Shown piece after piece: positions 9,087-13,273 of a stretch of DNA of 13,273 nt. The stretch is taken from NCBI RefSeq assembly GCF_006345805.1, contig NW_021826183.1:1-13273 (forward strand), read 5' to 3'. The position numbers and the translations under genes are program-made. This DNA comes from Octopus sinensis. Its lineage: Eukaryota. The notes beneath the pieces were generated by a model. The model was not told the origin of the DNA. It was given only the letters and a program-made list of their open reading frames with translations, and searched no databases. Each line of letters starts with the position of its first letter. Position 1 is the stretch's first letter.

Positions 9087-9212
9087 CTCATACAGATAAA
9101 TAAATTAATTATACAATTAAAAACTCACAACCAATCTCTATACATAAACACTCTTATGAAAACAACAATAAATACATCGTAATTAACCAGAATATCAAAA
9201 ATAACTTATGAC

Positions 9213-9392
9213 ATTTTTATATTTTAAAATTTTGATTTTTTAGATTGGAAGTCCACCTGAAGATTGTCGATCAAGACAAGAAACGATTGTAGTGGGTTGT
9301 TTTTTGACTATTTATTTAAATTTTATGTATTGATTAAGTCTTTCCTTGTTTGTTTTGCAAAATAGTGGTTTTGTCTCAAATAAGTTTTTATA
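9213..9392 (+). repeat. Right arm of the ~180-bp inverted repeat
   Basis: Reverse complement of 7780-7963; ends in (AT)n. Confidence 0.95.
9253..9295 (+). ncRNA. Minimal type I hammerhead ribozyme (right copy)
   Basis: Stem I ccac (9253-9256); CUGAAGA (9257-9263); stem II uuguc/gacaa (9264-9268/9275-9279); GAAA (9280-9283); stem III c-gauu-g; GUA triplet (9289-9291, predicted cleavage after 9291); stem I' gugg (9292-9295). Confidence 0.8.
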
Positions 9393-9562
9393 TATATATA
9401 TATATACATACATTCGTATATTTATATTTATATATATAATAAATATAATATAATACAGAAAATATAACAGAAAATAAATATATGGTATATATATATATAT
9501 ACATACATAGTATAATATATAATATAATACATAAAATATAATAGAAAATAAATATAATATGG

Positions 9563-9595
<33 letters not shown>

Positions 9596-9605
9596 CGCAC
9601 ACTCA
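9388..9605. repeat. (AT)n-rich low-complexity tract
   Basis: Direct reading. Confidence 0.9.
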
Positions 9606-9859
9606 CACAATTGCTCAGACTATTACCGCTACATCATATTATTATTGCGTCATTTATAATGCAACATTGTGGACAGTGAATTTTAGAGACAGTTTTCCAT
9701 AAATCTGATTTAAATATTTATAAACTATAAATTCTCATGAGAAATAGAAATGAAAAATTTGAGTTATCTCTCGAAGAATGACAGTGTTTCTAAAGAAGTA
9801 AAATACCTTTGAAAATTCCACGGAACCATTTGGTAAGAGAGCTGAACGCAGTCGTAAAT

Positions 9860-10190
9860 GGATGGAAGCACTCCGTCGGTTACGACGATGAGGGTTCCGG
9901 TTGATCCGAATCAACGGAACAGCCTGCTCGTGAAATTAACGTGTAAGTGGCTGAGCACTCCACAGACACGTGCACCCTTAACGTAGTCCTCGGGGATATT
10001 CAGCGTGACACAGAGAGTGACAAGGCCGGCCCCTTGAAATACAGGTACAACAGAAACAGGAAGTAAGAGTGAGAGAAAGTTGTGGTGAAAGAGTACAGCA
10101 GGGATCACCACCATCCCCTGCTGGAGCCTCGTGGAGCTTTAGGTGTTCTCGCTCAATAAACACTCACAACGCCCGGTCTGGGAATCGAAA
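9860..10190 (-). mobile_element. 5'-truncated tRNA-derived SINE (a different family) with a 9-bp TSD
   Basis: The minus strand starts in a B-box remnant (tttcgattcccagaccgggcgttgtgag) and ends ...cgtaaccgacggagtgcttccatcc. gtcgtaaat flanks it at 9851-9859 and 10191-10199. Confidence 0.8.
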
Positions 10191-10199
10191 GTCGTAAAT

Positions 10200-10280
10200 A
10201 TGTTGTTAAGAATTTCTCTTTGGTAGTTTTTAGGTTTCATTTCGATCCCGGTGCGTCTCAATTTTGACAAGTGTCTTCGG
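10200..10280 (+). mobile_element. Old, decayed tRNA-SINE head fragment
   Basis: tgttgttaagaa...tttcgatcccggtgcgt...ttgacaagtgtcttc parallels the head of the 5745-6163 SINE (tgtggtaagtag...gttcagtcccactgcgt...ttgggcaagtgtcttc). Confidence 0.45.
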
Positions 10281-10284
10281 TTGG

Positions 10285-10698
10285 TCATATCAGAGTAAAC
10301 ACTATATGACCTTTACGGTGGGGCCCCAGTTAAGATTTTGTTCAGGTCGAGTAGCCTATCACGCTCAAGAGGTTCTTGAATAAGGTTTGTTTTAGGATGA
10401 TGAACAAAACACTTGTTTCCAGTAGAGAAATAATCAACCCCAAAGAATCTCTCTCGTCACATGACTATGATTCTCCCCAACTAATTTTCATGTGATATGA
10501 GATGCACGTATCGTCAGCCACCAAGGGATATGTTCAACTGTTTATGGTCAAGGAAGTTAAAAACAAATCTGTGATATTGAGCAGAATATTTGCTATAGCC
10601 ATCTTTTACAGTAAGAAAAAAAACGGGTACTTAACACTTCCAATCAGTTAAGATAGGAAACCATGAAACTCAGGGCCTGGTATTGCGCAAATGAGTCA
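10285..10698. mobile_element. Unclassified interspersed repeat, copy C (most diverged)
   Basis: Colinear with 2348-2762: ggggccccagtta, ttcaggtcgagtagcc, ccccaaagaatc, tatcgtcagccac-aaggga, tattgagcagaatatttgct, acacttccaatcagttaagat. Followed by (TTC)n instead of (ATT)n. Confidence 0.8.
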
Positions 10699-10778
10699 TT
10701 CTTCTTCTTCTTCTTCTTCTTTTCTTCTTCTTCTTCTTCTTCTTCTTCTTCTTCTTCTCTTCTTCTTCTTCTTCTTCG

Positions 10779-10810
<32 letters not shown>

Positions 10811-11068
10811 TCTTCTTCTTCTTCTTCTTCGTTCTTCTTCTTCTTCTCTTCTTCTTCTTCTTTCTTTCTTCTTCTTTCTTGTCTTCTTCTTCTTCTTCTT
10901 CTTCTTCTTCTTCTTTCTTCTTCTTCTTCTCTTCTTCTTCTTCTTCTTCTTCTCTTCTTCTTCTTCTTCTTTCTTTTCTCTTCTCTTCTTCTTCTTCTTC
11001 TCTTCTTCTTCTTCTTCTTCTTTCTTCTTCTTCTTCTTCTCTTGTCTTCTTCTTCTCTTCTTCTCTTC
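10697..11068. repeat. ~370-bp imperfect (TTC)n/(GAA)n tract
   Basis: Direct reading; explains the poly-E/K/R and poly-S/L/F ORFs at 10644-11182. Confidence 0.95.
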
Positions 11069-11090
11069 GTCTTTCCGGTTTTACGACAGT

Positions 11091-11185
11091 CAAATCAGTT
11101 AGCGGCATACATACCTGCTTTTCATTCTGAGTTCAAATTCTGCCGAGGTCGCCACTGTTGTTTCATCCTTTCAGGCACGTAATAA
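11091..11185 (+). mobile_element. Diverged SINE fragment, same family as 1615-1747
   Basis: ttagcggcat...ttctgagttcaaattctgccgaggtcg...tttcatcctttcagg (B-box region plus core). Confidence 0.6.
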
Positions 11186-11231
11186 TAATTCTGTGAAATC
11201 CAGTGCCTCACCTCTGAAATATAAGTATTTT

Positions 11232-11306
11232 AACTGTTGTTGTGTGTGTGGTTGTGGTTGTATGTGTATGTGCGTGTTATATATATTTGTGTGTGTTCTG
11301 TGTGTG

Positions 11307-11380
<74 letters not shown>

Positions 11381-11420
11381 TACACATACATACATATATA
11401 TATACGCATATACTGTTTAT
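11232..11420. repeat. (GT)n followed by long (AT)n microsatellite
   Basis: Direct reading; near-perfect (AT)n at ~11320-11376. Confidence 0.95.
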
Positions 11421-11784
11421 ACATACATATATATACTTTAATGTGTCGGTTAAAAGGCTACCACTTATTTCATGTATGTGGAGACTCTTAACAGTTATCA
11501 AACCTGTTATACAGAAACTATTGTGTCCGTCTCCATTTTGGATATATATATATATATGTATATAATTTATTCGTGGGCTAACAAGGCTACCAAAGCTTTT
11601 GTGTTAGAGATATCTCTTTAAAATTATCAAGCCTGCTACAGGCAAACGTTTATCTGCATAGAAATAGATCATATAATATGATATGATATAATATAATATG
11701 GTATAGTATAATATCAGTATGCATGATGTATGTTAGGGAGTTTCATATTTCATGATTTAGTGAGAGGATAAAACATGCATACAA

Positions 11785-11851
11785 ATGTATGTATGTGTGT
11801 ATGTATCTATTCCTCCATGTATTTATCAATATTTCTGTCTATCTACCAATC

Positions 11852-11902
<51 letters not shown>

Positions 11903-11954
11903 TATCTGTCTCCTATCTAAATCTGTCTATTTATCTATACTATCTATTATCTAG

Positions 11955-12010
<56 letters not shown>

Positions 12011-12091
12011 TTATCTATCTATCTATCTGTCTATTTATCTATCTATCTGTCTGTCTATCTATCTATCTATCTCTACTTCTATCTATCTATC

Positions 12092-12137
<46 letters not shown>

Positions 12138-12140
12138 TTA

Positions 12141-12178
<38 letters not shown>
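11785..12178. repeat. (TATC)n/(GATA)n tetranucleotide array
   Basis: Direct reading; gives the YLSI-repeat ORF. Confidence 0.95.
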
Positions 12179-12179
12179 G

Positions 12180-12450
12180 TGGGTATATATATACAACATA
12201 ATTACATAATATATATATATATATATATATATAAAGGTATATGCAGACATATATTTAACTAAATTTACATACACAGACACACAGGCACACACAGACAGAC
12301 ACGACACCATATATATTTAAATACATGCATATTATACAGATATTATATAAGGATATATATGTATATATTAAGAAATATAATTATATAAATATATATATAC
12401 ATACATAATATACATACATAATAGACATATACACACACACACACACACAT
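12180..12450. repeat. Mixed (AT)n/(CA)n low-complexity tract
   Basis: Direct reading. Confidence 0.8.
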
Positions 12451-12689
12451 ATCTTCATATCCTTTAATCATTAATGTAGAGAGCATAATAGTACATGCAC
12501 TGCTAGATAATAGATGTTCCTGTTGGAATAAATTACCAAGAACAGTGTTAGAGAGAAGAATGAACAAAGGGTAATCTTGACATTTATCAATTATACAGAC
12601 AAAATTGAGTGTCTACAGGAAGCATGGAAATAATAAGAATACATGCAGAAATATCGGAGCCGAAAAATAAATTAGCGTTGTCAAATTAT

Positions 12690-12880
12690 ATGCGTGTATG
12701 TATGTATGTATGTATGTATGTATGTATGTATGTATGTATGTATGTATGTTATGTAGTATGTATGTATGTATGTATGTATGTATGTATGTATGTATGCATG
12801 TATGTATGTGTAATGTATGTAATATGTATGTATATGTGTGTGTGTGCATATATTATATATATGCTTGAATGTATGCATAT

Positions 12881-12912
<32 letters not shown>

Positions 12913-13033
12913 TATATGTATATATATATAAATATATATACATATGCATATGTATGTATGTATATATCTATCTATGTATATATATATATATATAAATATA
13001 TATACATATGCATATGTATGTATGTATTATCTA

Positions 13034-13067
<34 letters not shown>

Positions 13068-13273
13068 GATATATATATATATACATATTTATGTATGTAT
13101 GTATCATCTCTGTGGTGTGTGTAATATGTATGTATGTATATGTGTGTAAATATAAATATATGCTTATATATATATATATATTATATATATGTTGTGTGTA
13201 CATACACATGCATTGATATGTACATATGTGCAGACACACACACGTGTTCGTATACATGCATGCACATTTGATA
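12690..13273. repeat. (TATG)n array grading into (AT)n/(GT)n low complexity
   Basis: Direct reading; runs to the window end. Confidence 0.9.

Larger units (their letters stand above)
7722..9392. mobile_element. Penelope-like, probably non-autonomous unit with inverted hammerhead-bearing pseudo-LTRs
   Basis: Inverted arms 7780-7963 and 9213-9392 each contain a minimal type I hammerhead. Both outer ends abut (AT)n. Minimal hammerheads in pLTRs and inverted pLTR arrangements are established features of Penelope-like elements. The left boundary is approximate. Confidence 0.65.

Noticed and set aside
10644-11182. 154-163-aa poly-E/K/R and poly-S/L/F ORFs
   Set aside because: They are translations of the (TTC)n tract in several frames.
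11171-13257. Many YI/YVCM/YLSI/HTYI-repeat ORFs
   Set aside because: They are translations of (AT)n, (TATG)n and (TATC)n.

Overview
AT-rich, repeat-saturated non-coding animal DNA with no convincing host gene. The SINE families resemble, from recall rather than a search, those of octopus (coleoid cephalopod) genomes. Nearly all ORFs in the supplied track are translations of microsatellites. Supportable content: a complete 400-bp non-autonomous Helitron (1198-1597); several tRNA-derived SINEs, two with target-site duplications; dead fragments of an R4/Dong-like non-LTR retrotransposon (RT piece 6859-7305, 3' ends at 2824-3042 and 3129-3256 inside an (ATT)n array); three copies of an unclassified ~550-bp repeat; and a probable Penelope GIY-YIG remnant (~5004-5330). 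The most notable structure is a ~1.67-kb Penelope-like unit (7722-9392). Its ~180-bp inverted arms each carry a minimal type I hammerhead ribozyme, pointing outward, and they enclose a G-depleted spacer with a 629-bp-period duplication. A short acidic, Cys-containing repetitive ORF (6373-6606) is the only host-exon candidate, and it is weak.
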